Source: a virus
Lineage: Duplodnaviria > Caudoviricetes
Reading direction: 5' to 3' (one strand)
DNA length: 55,286 nt
Virus record (IMG/VR): IMGVR_UViG_3300027896_000052
Location: 1-55,286 of that record
The notes below the pieces were generated by a model, which was given only the letters and a program-made list of their open reading frames with translations, was not told where the DNA came from and ran no database searches. Made by a program: the position numbers and the translations under genes. This document shows, in pieces, positions 46,480 through 55,133 of this stretch; position 1 is the stretch's first letter; the number at the start of each line of letters is the position of its first letter.

Positions 46480-46711
46480 ATCCCTGTCTCCCCGTCCGGG
46501 AAAGAGGGTCGGCCGCCGATTTTCTCGATGGTGTCCAAAATATCGACCGTCCGCTGATAATCGGCGATCAACTCATCGATCCTGGCGGCTTCTTTTTTTT
46601 CTATCGCTAGACAGTCCTCTGTTCTCTTGATAGCGGCCATCTTGGATATTTTATCTGCCTTGGCGGACTGCAGGCATGCGTAGAGGGTTTCCCTCGTATA
46701 CTTTGAGGCGC

Positions 46712-47590
46712 TCATCGTCCAGTCCTTTGCGTCCCCGGGTCGATGAAGCTCCAGACCGCCCCGTTCAGGACCAGCCCCTCGGTCTTCGTCTTCCGGACGT
46801 ACTCCCCGATCTTCGTTTCGTCGGGCATCCAGAATTCATGGGGTAGGAGCTCGGCGTTGATCATGTTCCATTTGAAGTTCCGCCGGGCCGCCAGACCGGT
46901 CCCGAGCCCCGGATCATAGGCCGCCGGCTTCTCCTCGACGATCTTCGTCTCGGCCGTGGCTGCGGCTGCCAGGATCCGGTCCGCCTCTGCTTTCGCCTCT
47001 GCCTCGGCCTTCGCCTTCGCTTCCTTGATCCGGGCTTCCTCTTCGGCGATCCGCATCTGCTTGAATTTTTCTGCCTGGCCTTGAGCAGCAGCGGCTGCTT
47101 CCCTTGCCCTGGCTTCCCGTTCGGCGGCCTGGCGCTTGGCTTCCGCCTCCTCCCGGGCCCGCTGTTCGGCCTCCTGGGCGAGGCGTAAAGCCTTTTCTTC
47201 GGCCGCCCGCTTTTCCGCCTCGATCCGGTCGCGCTCGGCAGCCGCCCGGCGTTCCTTTTCCTTTTCGGCGAGGATATATTGCCCTTGGATCCGGCCCAGC
47301 CGGGCTTCGCCGGCCTCGAGGGGCTTGTCGTACTTGTCCCTTTTGGCGATCGCCGCCTTGTGCCCGCCGTGAAACCAGGCGATGAGGCCGTTGAAGGTTT
47401 GGGCGATCAGCGTCCGCTCCGCCCGGATGGCATCCCCCAGGTCCCGGCTTTTCTTGAAATCCTCCAGGCTCTGGATCGGCTGCAACTCCATGGCCAGCGT
47501 CGCCAGATTCTGGCTCCGGAGTTCGATCTTGTCCGTTTCGACCGAGGGCGGCTGGAATCCCGCCAGGGCTTCCGCGTTCAGGCCGCTCAT
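46712..47590 (-). CDS. Coiled-coil phage protein of the recombination module
   Basis: Long AEKR-rich helix; C-terminal 'LLPHEFWMPDETKI'. Confidence 0.65.
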   Translation of the reverse strand: MSGLNAEALAGFQPPSVETDKIELRSQNLATLAMELQPIQSLEDFKKSRDLGDAIRAERTLIAQTFNGLIAWFHGGHKAAIAKRDKYDKPLEAGEARLGRIQGQYILAEKEKERRAAAERDRIEAEKRAAEEKALRLAQEAEQRAREEAEAKRQAAEREARAREAAAAAQGQAEKFKQMRIAEEEARIKEAKAKAEAEAKAEADRILAAAATAETKIVEEKPAAYDPGLGTGLAARRNFKWNMINAELLPHEFWMPDETKIGEYVRKTKTEGLVLNGAVWSFIDPGTQRTGR

Positions 47591-47905
47591 TTGGCCGGCT
47601 TCCCGTTCCGAGCCTTGCCCGCGAGGCTGCCAATGACATCCGCGGCGTCGACCGGGGCCGCCGTGTCTTCGCCGGCCGGCTGGGGGCCCGCGGCGGGCGG
47701 GGTCCCCGGCGTCGCGTCGCTCAATTTGAACGTCGGCTCCCCGCCCGTCAGCTTTTCTTTCTCGAGCCGGAGCTCGAGGTCGTCGAGGCGCTCGATTTCC
47801 TTCTTGAAGCCGCGCTCGATTTGGTCGATCACGGCGGCCTTCAGCTCCCGGAGCGCGATCCGCTCCCGCGTGATGTGTTCTTGTAGATCCATAATATCCT
47901 CCTTT

Positions 47906-48910
47906 TTAACCGAAAATTTCGGTCAGCTTTTTGACTCGATACTCGTTCCTATCCTGCATTGTAGCTGGCGTGTCGCCTTTATATTCGGCTTCAAAGGCTG
48001 CATCGATTTCTGGCAGCATGATCAGGGCCGGACCCGCCAGGTCATCCTCAAATTTCCGCGTCCGGCCGACCATTCGGTCCCGGACCATGGCTTCCTCTTT
48101 GTTCGCCGATCGGCTGGGGTCCCGGCTGTCCGCCTCGAGCCTCCCGAATTTTGATCTGAAAGTCGCCGCGCTGAGAATGTTTTTCGCCCAGAAAGGGTCG
48201 CGCTGGCTCCATTCCAAAATCTTCATGATAGTCTTGAAGGGAATCCCCTTTCCCTCGATCCCCTTCCCTTCCATGATCCTGAATTCGTGAGCCCAGGCTT
48301 CGAGTCGGTTAGCTCCGGTGAGAACATGGTACGGAACATTTTCTTTTACCGCTGCCTCGAGGTATTTCGATAGGGCAAGGTGCCGTTTCTCATATTTGAA
48401 TTTTCCAATTGGCTGAGGATCAGGATCCGAAGGTGGGAGCTTATTTCCTATCCTCTCCTCTTCTCTATTCTTCTCTAATCTTATGTCCTCTTTCCCGGGT
48501 GTCGTGTCCGATTTTCCGGACATGGGGTCCGGGATTTCAGCCATCCTTCTCCGATGCCTATCGGAAAGGGAATAAGTTTCTGTACTGATAACGTAATAAA
48601 CTCCAGGTGCCGTCTCCCTTATTTTATTTACCTTTTCGCTCAGGCAGATGTCGATTACCATCCGGAGTTTATCCTCCGGGACGCAAAACATTCCGGCGAG
48701 TTGAGAGATCGGGTAGGGGGTCGTCTCATTTGCCCGGATGTACCCCCCGTCTTTTTTGGAGAGGGTCAGGAGGTCTGCGAAAATTCCCCGGAGATCTTCG
48801 ATGAAATTACCTTTTTCGTCCCGGATGATCAATTCGTGGCGGGTCGATCCAAAGAGCCATTTATCAATATAAAATGGGTACCAGGTATCGATTTGCTTAC
48901 CGCGCTTCAT
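47906..48910 (-). CDS. Replication initiator / replisome organiser
   Basis: N-terminal wHTH-like segment, 'IRLEKNREEERI' linker, C-terminal 'DPFWAKNILSA..FR.KF..L'. Confidence 0.75.
   Translation of the reverse strand: MKRGKQIDTWYPFYIDKWLFGSTRHELIIRDEKGNFIEDLRGIFADLLTLSKKDGGYIRANETTPYPISQLAGMFCVPEDKLRMVIDICLSEKVNKIRETAPGVYYVISTETYSLSDRHRRRMAEIPDPMSGKSDTTPGKEDIRLEKNREEERIGNKLPPSDPDPQPIGKFKYEKRHLALSKYLEAAVKENVPYHVLTGANRLEAWAHEFRIMEGKGIEGKGIPFKTIMKILEWSQRDPFWAKNILSAATFRSKFGRLEADSRDPSRSANKEEAMVRDRMVGRTRKFEDDLAGPALIMLPEIDAAFEAEYKGDTPATMQDRNEYRVKKLTEIFG
48441..48546. other. Putative replication origin inside the initiator gene
   Basis: Three degenerate 21-bp repeats (48484, 48505, 48526) next to a strand-asymmetric TTCTCTA(T/A)TC tract. 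Confidence 0.5.
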
Positions 48911-49020
48911 GCTTCCCTTTCTTCAAATAAAAATTCCCGGGCCGCCCCCCTTTCGCTTCCTGTGAGAGAACGCGGCTTTGTAGGCAGAGGGCGACGCCGG
49001 GAATTATTTTCTTTGGGCAT
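48907..49020 (-). CDS. 37-aa leader peptide coupled to the initiator (MPKENNSRRR...EREA)
   Basis: Translated by hand; its TGA overlaps the initiator ATG (ATGA). Confidence 0.45.
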   Translation of the reverse strand: MPKENNSRRRPLPTKPRSLTGSERGAAREFLFEEREA

Positions 49021-49040
49021 TTTTGCGTTCTCTCACAGTC
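48925..49040 (-). ncRNA. Structured leader RNA, C4/CI-like antisense or attenuator candidate
   Basis: Two interleaved inverted repeats: 14 bp (49025-49038 / 48960-48973) and 9 bp plus extension (48997-49005 / 48932-48940). Confidence 0.55.
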
Positions 49041-49042
49041 CC

Positions 49043-49071
49043 ATCATCTTCTTGCGAAGAGCGGATGTCAA
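49043..49071 (-). promoter_or_regulatory. Promoter for the replication leader
   Basis: TTGACA-17-GATGAT. Confidence 0.55.
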
Positions 49072-49261
49072 GCCCTATTTTTATGACGATCTCCGGGTTT
49101 TTCGATCCAGATCTGAAGGAGCAAGGCCAGGAGTTTTCCCTCGAGCTGGACCGCTTCCTTGACTGTCAGATGGACGCCGATCGTCTTCCCAAAGCCCAGG
49201 AAGATCCGTCGACGTTTCTTGTCTCGGGTCCGGATTTCGTGCTTGGTGAGCTCGACTTTGA

Positions 49262-50317
49262 TCACTTCCCGGCCCGCTCGATCGAGGTCATGGTGATCTC
49301 GTACTTCCGCATGTACTTCTGCTTTTCCTCTTTCGGGACGTCGTAGGCCGTCATGTTCCTGGGGTTGCTGTTGATCTCGATCCCGGCCGCCAGGGCGTTC
49401 AGGCCGAAGTACCGGCCCGGCTTTTTGTTGTCCCCGACCAGCTCCTTGTGCAGGGCATCGAAGGCCCGGCTGGCATCCTTCAGATCGAGGTACCGCTCGA
49501 GCGTCGGGATATCTTCCTTCGGGACCTCCCGCCAACTGGGATTGAGAGCCTTCAGCGGGGCGCAGAGGTGGAGGAAATCGCACATCCCGCAGATCTGGTT
49601 GTGGTAGGGGATCGGCTCCGGCAAGGTCCCGGCTTTGAAATGTTTGTTCACAGTCCGGGCCTTGGCCGTGTCCAAGTCCGCCAGATCATAATCCGGGACC
49701 ATGGGCAGGATCCGGGGCCGCTTCCCGAAGGTCGTTATTCCCAGGAAACCGCCGGGCTCGCCCATCATGAAGAGGTAGAGGTTAAGCTGGGAGACCATCT
49801 TCTGGATCCACCACGACCGGCTGGCCTTGATCTCCTCGATCGTTTCGTGGCTGTCCCAGTACTGCGGATTCATCGATTTGATCTCGAGCGGGTATCGCTT
49901 CGATCCGACCCGGACCATTCCGTCGATCTTGCCGCTGATCTGGAATTCGTCCCAGGTGAACCGCTGCTGGGCGAGCTCGATATCGTAGCCCGCTTTCGAA
50001 AGCATCATCTTGAAGCGGCGCTCTTCCTCCGTTCCAGCCTCGACCCGGTACTTGCCGTCGAGGCTGATGGGCTTCCGGTCCTTCCAGTTTCGACGGATGT
50101 ACGTCAGGTTCCGGACGCAGGGGTGGTGGATTTCCGAGGCCCAATTGTTCGACTCATGGTTCGAAGGCGGCCAGGGCTTGTGATCGTCATCGATCTTGGC
50201 GCCGATCTCCCCGGCGATCAGGGTGAGCTCGGCCAGGAGCTTTTCGTCCGACGTCGCCATCCCGGCCGGCGGCATCAGTTTCGCCTCGGGAACGAGGGGG
50301 GCTTGTTCTTCCATCAC
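49262..50317 (-). CDS. Cas4-like PD-(D/E)xK exonuclease
   Basis: 'ASEI..PC.R', 'GKIDG', 'EIKS', 'QLNLY', 'CGMCDFLHLC'. Confidence 0.85.
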   Translation of the reverse strand: MMEEQAPLVPEAKLMPPAGMATSDEKLLAELTLIAGEIGAKIDDDHKPWPPSNHESNNWASEIHHPCVRNLTYIRRNWKDRKPISLDGKYRVEAGTEEERRFKMMLSKAGYDIELAQQRFTWDEFQISGKIDGMVRVGSKRYPLEIKSMNPQYWDSHETIEEIKASRSWWIQKMVSQLNLYLFMMGEPGGFLGITTFGKRPRILPMVPDYDLADLDTAKARTVNKHFKAGTLPEPIPYHNQICGMCDFLHLCAPLKALNPSWREVPKEDIPTLERYLDLKDASRAFDALHKELVGDNKKPGRYFGLNALAAGIEINSNPRNMTAYDVPKEEKQKYMRKYEITMTSIERAGK

Positions 50318-51492
50318 TTCCCCCTGGTACCGCGGAATTTTTGTTGGGCTTCGCCAGCAGGATCCGGGCCGCCCTTGAAAAGGCCGGCGGCGGGATCGCC
50401 CTTCGGGGCGTCGGCCTTATCCGGCTTCTCGTCTTCGGGGCCGATTTCCTCATCCGCATCGGACCACTCGGCTTCCGCCGTTTCTCCGATCTCCGCCCGC
50501 TCCTCCTCCGGCTCGGCCTCGCGGATGACCTCCGCCTTGACGATGAGCTGATCGCTGCCTCGCGCAGCCTGGCGCATGACCTGATTCAGGTCCGGGTAGC
50601 CCATGTCTGTCCGATAGCCGTAGACCTCGACGTAGGCGACCTGGCCCTGGGCTTCCGTGGCGCCGGCCTTGGCGAAGACAAGCCCGACGCCGATCGCCGG
50701 GTGATCCTTCAGGATGTTCCGCTCGACGATCTTCTGGGCGATCCGGTCCCCGAATCTCTGCCGCTGCGTGTGTTCCTCGAGGCAATCGAGGATGACCGGA
50801 TCCTCGTAATTCGCCCAGATTCCCAGGGGATCCTCGATCGGGAAGAAGACCCAGCTTCCTTTTTTTGCCGGCTTGTCCTCGGCAATTCCGACGACCGCCG
50901 CGTTCGGGTTGGCTGACTGTCCGGTATCGACCCGCTTCCCGCTTTCGTCTTCCTCCCACTTCGTCTTCTTGAGCTTGGCCTGGATGCTCTGGATGAAGTA
51001 GGTATAGGGATTGTAGAAGAGCGTCTTGTCGATGGCGACGACGTTCCCGGCGGGCGAATATCCGAGCCCGATCTTCCGGACGATGACGCTCTCGATCGAC
51101 CGGGTCCGCTTGTTGCGCTCGACGTAGGGATTCGGCTGCTCATGGCCGTCGACGATGACCGCCGGCGGCGTCATGATCGAGATCGAAGCGACCTTGTTGA
51201 GCTGGGTATAGCCGACCGAGGTGATCGGATACTTCTTTTCGGTCTTGTGCGTCTTCGGATCGTACTTCCCGGGCATCGAATAGAAATGCCCGAGCTTCTC
51301 GAAGAGCGTGATCGTCGCCTTGATCGGGCGCATGATCTGCCCGCGATTGACCTTGACGTAGACCGTCCCGAAGTCCGCGCTGAGGGCGAGTTTCTGTCCC
51401 GACGTCTGGCCGATCTCCTGGGCCGCCGGCGGCGGGGTGCCGGGCTGGGAACCAGGCTTCGGATCCGTTCCGTTTTTCTTTTCTTCTGTCAT
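50314..51492 (-). CDS. Hypothetical protein, possible ssDNA-annealing partner of the exonuclease
   Basis: Position beside the exonuclease; acidic C-tail; AAGGAGG RBS. Confidence 0.5.
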   Translation of the reverse strand: MTEEKKNGTDPKPGSQPGTPPPAAQEIGQTSGQKLALSADFGTVYVKVNRGQIMRPIKATITLFEKLGHFYSMPGKYDPKTHKTEKKYPITSVGYTQLNKVASISIMTPPAVIVDGHEQPNPYVERNKRTRSIESVIVRKIGLGYSPAGNVVAIDKTLFYNPYTYFIQSIQAKLKKTKWEEDESGKRVDTGQSANPNAAVVGIAEDKPAKKGSWVFFPIEDPLGIWANYEDPVILDCLEEHTQRQRFGDRIAQKIVERNILKDHPAIGVGLVFAKAGATEAQGQVAYVEVYGYRTDMGYPDLNQVMRQAARGSDQLIVKAEVIREAEPEEERAEIGETAEAEWSDADEEIGPEDEKPDKADAPKGDPAAGLFKGGPDPAGEAQQKFRGTRGK

Positions 51493-51530
51493 CAGGACCT
51501 CCTTATTGATCTAAAAATTGGGATTGAGAA

Positions 51531-51740
51531 TTAGCGGGAGAGTCTGCGCTCCCTCTCTATGGCCTTGGCCGCCGATTTGAATGCGGCCTGGACATGGAGT
51601 TGGAGGACCCGGCGGGCATAGGACGAGACCTCCCGCCCGTCTTTCTCCGCCAAGATTTTGATGCGGGAATGGAGCGCCTCGTCGACGCGGACGGCGATCG
51701 AGATCATCGGCGGCTTTTTCTTTTTGCCTTCGTTTTCCAT
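51531..51740 (-). CDS. Ribbon-helix-helix (Arc-like) regulator
   Basis: 'ISIAVRVDEALHSRIKILAEKDGREVSSYARRVL'. Confidence 0.8.
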   Translation of the reverse strand: MENEGKKKKPPMISIAVRVDEALHSRIKILAEKDGREVSSYARRVLQLHVQAAFKSAAKAIERERRLSR

Positions 51741-51858
51741 CTTTTCTCCTCTCGTTTGAAATGTTGGCCCGGGGTCCCGGTTCTTTTAAAGGGGGGGTTA
51801 ATGGGAACCATATTCCGGAAACCCCGGGCCTGGGCGTCATTATCGCCCTTGCTCTCCT

Positions 51859-52035
51859 ATAATAATGAGGCCGTATCCATTTGTCAAGCATTTGTTTTAT
51901 TTGTCCCTTTTCGTCATCTTTTTGGGTAGTAGAAATAAAAGATTTATTTGTACCACCTAAGCCCCTATTTCTACGTAGTTTATAGGTATACCCCGTATCC
52001 GTCAAGTTGACAAACGATTACGGATGCTGTATCAT
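51859..52035. promoter_or_regulatory. Divergent early promoter region
   Basis: - strand TTGACA-17-TATTAT (51887-51859) and TTGACG-17-TAAACT (52005-51977); + strand TTGACA-17-TATCAT (52007-52035). Confidence 0.8.
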
Positions 52036-52061
52036 ATAGCCGAGATAGAGGAGAAAACGAA

Positions 52062-52334
52062 ATGTCAACCCCAGCGAACATCATTATGAAGGAAGCCGAA
52101 GTCGAGCAGACTGCCGCCGAGGCGATGGGCCTGACCAAGTCCCTCACGGTCAAGGAATTCTTGGCCGGTTCAGCTTCGAAGACCCCGGTCTTCATCTTCG
52201 CGCGCGGCCGGATGAGCCGGGTCGGTCACATCCGCTGGCCGGAAACCGATCCGTGGGTCGTCTGTCCCGACGAGAATGGAGGCTTCGGGATTTCCTATTG
52301 CGTCCACTACGGTACTCGCCTTTGGACGAGATGA
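52062..52334 (+). CDS. Small early hypothetical protein
   Basis: GAGGAG RBS after the rightward promoter. Confidence 0.75.
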   Translation: MSTPANIIMKEAEVEQTAAEAMGLTKSLTVKEFLAGSASKTPVFIFARGRMSRVGHIRWPETDPWVVCPDENGGFGISYCVHYGTRLWTR

Positions 52335-52397
52335 GCCGAAAAGGGCTGGGAGGCCCTTCGTCCGGGTTGACCGCCCGGACCTGATGAGGCAGGTCAA
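52335..52397 (+). ncRNA. Type II hammerhead ribozyme with pseudoknot
   Basis: GCC-GAAA-stem III-UUC-stem I-CUGAUGA-GGC; loop UUGACC pairs with downstream GGUCAA. Confidence 0.9.
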
Positions 52398-52416
52398 ATC
52401 TTGAAAAGGAGAAAAC

Positions 52417-52650
52417 ATGGACAAGATGAAGGCTGAACGAATCGCGCGGTTCCTCTTGGCGGAGGGGATCAAGGCGAAGGTCCAGGGAGTGGGCGCAGGA
52501 GTCTGGGAGGTAATGATTCTTGGGGATTGCCGCGGGGCGAATGGTGCCGAGCCGGGAAGATACGAATTGATGATCGGGGCCGGTTCCTTCTCTTTCGGGA
52601 ACGTCCTGCATGGCGATCCCGCCGTCTTCGATTATGTCGAGGTCCTCTGA
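52417..52650 (+). CDS. Small early hypothetical protein
   Basis: AAGGAG RBS. Confidence 0.7.
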   Translation: MDKMKAERIARFLLAEGIKAKVQGVGAGVWEVMILGDCRGANGAEPGRYELMIGAGSFSFGNVLHGDPAVFDYVEVL

Positions 52651-52925
52651 TGCGTATTCCGAAAATCAAAACCCCGACCGTAGAAGATCCCGGCCATCTC
52701 CCTGACATTGATGGGATTGTCAAGATCGAGGGCCAGGAATATGCATACCAAATCAAAGCCGATCCGTCCTTCGGCATCCGCTGGCGCCAACTTGGGAGGA
52801 ACAGGAAGGTTGAGAGCCGCGTGAAATTCTTTAATTCGGTGAAGGCCCGAGACCGTTTCGTCGATCGCCTCTTCGGAAATCCCACCTTTCTCTTGATCGA
52901 TTCCCAGTTTGAAGGAGACCGTTAA
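52650..52925 (+). CDS. Small early hypothetical protein (MRIPKIK...)
   Basis: TGATG coupling. Confidence 0.65.
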   Translation: MRIPKIKTPTVEDPGHLPDIDGIVKIEGQEYAYQIKADPSFGIRWRQLGRNRKVESRVKFFNSVKARDRFVDRLFGNPTFLLIDSQFEGDR

Positions 52926-53125
52926 TGAGCCCCGATGTTTCCCTGTCCATCCTGTCCCGGCCGAATCGGATTTCCGTCCGGGACCGTTCCTTCGAGCGGG
53001 GCGATGCGAAGCGGGCCCGGCTCCTCCGGGAGCTCCAGGCCGCCGGCGACAGCGTCTGGCCGCGGATCCTGGCCGAGCTCGAGCGGGGCTTCCGGGCCTC
53101 CTACCGGCTCCGGATGAAATCGTGA
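52925..53125 (+). CDS. Small early hypothetical protein
   Basis: TAATG coupling, AAGGAG RBS. Confidence 0.6.
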   Translation: MSPDVSLSILSRPNRISVRDRSFERGDAKRARLLRELQAAGDSVWPRILAELERGFRASYRLRMKS

Positions 53126-53132
53126 TCCGTTT

Positions 53133-53825
53133 ATGGTATACTCATCCCAGATGAAAAGCATCAGCGTCTATGGTCTTTATTCCACAGAACAGGGGACGTC
53201 TGTCGTCCGCTATGTCGGGCAGACGAAATATCCCTTAAACCAGCGGCGGAATGCTCATGTCAAACGGTCCCTGGGAAAAGCGGCCATTACTCATCTGCAT
53301 CGCTGGGTCCGGGATGTCTATTCGCGAGGCTTCGAGGTCAAGGCGATCCTCTTGAAATCCGGGGCTCATTGGAATTCGGATGAAATTGAATTTATTAGAA
53401 AATTCCGAGCGATGGGGATGGCCCTCACGAATTCCACGGACGGAGGGGAGGGGTGCTTGAATCCATGCCCGGAAATGAGGTCCAAAATCAGCGGATCATT
53501 AAAGGGAAAGCCCCTCCCCTTGAAGACCCGGCAGAAGATGAGTGAGGCTCACAAGGGGAAGGCCCGGTCCCGTGCGATATGCCGAAAAATTAGCAAGGGT
53601 TTGAAGGGCAATAAAAATGCCCTTGGCCGGGTATGCTCCCAGGAAACGATCCGAAAATTGAGCGAGGCCCACAAGCGGGAAAACCTGTCGGCCGAAACCC
53701 GCCGCAAGAATAGCGAATCACATAGAAGGGAAAACTTGTCGGCCGAAACCCTCCGTAAGCGGAGCGAGGGCTCAAAGGCTATGTGGAAACGAAAGAAGGG
53801 GAGGGACTCCGATGGTCGCCCTTAA
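53133..53825 (+). mobile_element. Free-standing GIY-YIG homing endonuclease with NUMOD3 repeats
   Basis: 'VYGL...RYVGQT', 'E..FI', 'LTN.TDGGEG'; repeated 'SxETRRKxSExH' units. Confidence 0.85.
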
Positions 53826-54030
53826 AAAGCCCGTTCGGCGGATCATCCGAGTTCTCCATCGGCCGGCTGTCATCGTCCTCGACCCCGAAATTTCGAGCAT
53901 CCGTATCCGGTCGAAAGGTTCCCGGCGCGAGTACCGCCTCCATTTCGACCTCGTTTTCCGGCTGGCCATGGAGGCTACGGAGCGGTCCGAAAAGCCGGCC
54001 CGGAAGCTGAGGCGGTCCGTCCTCAAATGA
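53812..54030 (+). CDS. Small basic hypothetical protein, allele B
   Basis: Homolog of 78-302. Confidence 0.75.
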   Translation: MVALKKPVRRIIRVLHRPAVIVLDPEISSIRIRSKGSRREYRLHFDLVFRLAMEATERSEKPARKLRRSVLK

Positions 54031-54155
54031 TCCCTTCCCCGGGGCTGGGGCCGATGGCGGTTCCCGGCCCCGGCCGGCCGTAAACGGCCGCGGCCGATGT
54101 CTTCCCTGCCCTGCAGGGGGCCTCCCCCCATTCACAACGAAAATCAAAAGTCAAG

Positions 54156-54204
54156 AAAAAGCCCGTTTTTTGGGTAAAATAAACCTCAAAACCGGGCTTT
54201 TTTT
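54156..54204. terminator. Bidirectional terminator (allele B)
   Basis: AAAAAGCCCG...CGGGCTTTTTTT, same outer stem as 330-379. Confidence 0.7.
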
Positions 54205-54482
54205 ATGCCTCTAAATCCGCACACAATCGCCTACGTTCGATTTTTCGGGCTGCGGCTAGGGTCGGTTGTGGGCGGTCCGGATCGTCCGCCACGATCGTTC
54301 CCCTGCGTTTTCCTAAAAATCGCGCTAGGAGCCCCTACAATCGATCGGAGGCTGGATCAGCGTATCCCTGGTCTAGCCCCCGCCGACCGGCTCAAACGCG
54401 GGGGCAGCCCTTGCTAGGGCTGGGTTGAAAATAGGGGGGTCCGTGAATAGCCGCCCGGGTCAGATCAAAACCGGGCTTTTCG

Positions 54483-55121
54483 TCATCCGGGGCCGAGTTG
54501 GTTGACCGGGTTGATCGTGAAATATTCCCATTCCGCTTGAACCACGGGCTGATTATACCAATTTGCGATGAAGAGTCCGACGCAGAGAGGCCCGATCGCA
54601 GTTGCCAGCGTCCTGGTATAAAACGAGGTCCAGCTCGTTCCATTCGTCGAATAATAGAAAATCCAGAGAGCCCCGAGATGGCTTCCCATGCAGCGAATTT
54701 TGAACCATTTCGGAACCGTTGCCTGGATCGTCGGCCCGGCGTAGAGCCCGCCATTCCCTTCGGTCCGGATTACGTCATCGGAGGCGTCATTGACCTGGTC
54801 GAAGAAGACGTCGTGGACCGAGGCTCCGCCGGCCTGGCCATCCGGGCCAATATAAAGCCCGCTCATGGTCCGGGGCCCTTTATTGAACGAATAGAGCTTG
54901 GCTTCGATGTCGCAGGGCATGAAGGGCAAGGGCATCGTTACCCGCGGCCGGTAATCTGAGCAGTCCTGACCGGCCTTCCCTTCGAAGACGAGTCGGCCGC
55001 CGGCCGGCGCCGCTGTCTTGTCCGAGCCGGATGTCCCCAAGGTCAGCCAGGGGTCCACCAGGGCCGCATTGAAATTATCGGTGAAAACCGGGAAGCCGCT
55101 TGCTCCGGGAATAAATGTCAT
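54483..55121 (-). CDS. Tail-tip / receptor-binding protein, allele B
   Basis: Same position as 830-1507; shares MT(F/Y)IPG, 'YSTNGT.WT' and terminal GPG, otherwise highly diverged. Confidence 0.65.
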   Translation of the reverse strand: MTFIPGASGFPVFTDNFNAALVDPWLTLGTSGSDKTAAPAGGRLVFEGKAGQDCSDYRPRVTMPLPFMPCDIEAKLYSFNKGPRTMSGLYIGPDGQAGGASVHDVFFDQVNDASDDVIRTEGNGGLYAGPTIQATVPKWFKIRCMGSHLGALWIFYYSTNGTSWTSFYTRTLATAIGPLCVGLFIANWYNQPVVQAEWEYFTINPVNQLGPG

Positions 55122-55133
55122 GGTGCCCTCCGC

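Noticed and set aside
49262-50317. CRISPR-Cas locus
   Set aside because: Solo Cas4-like phage exonuclease; no repeat-spacer array or other cas genes seen
53660-53775. 51-nt tandem repeat
   Set aside because: Explained by NUMOD3 units of the endonuclease
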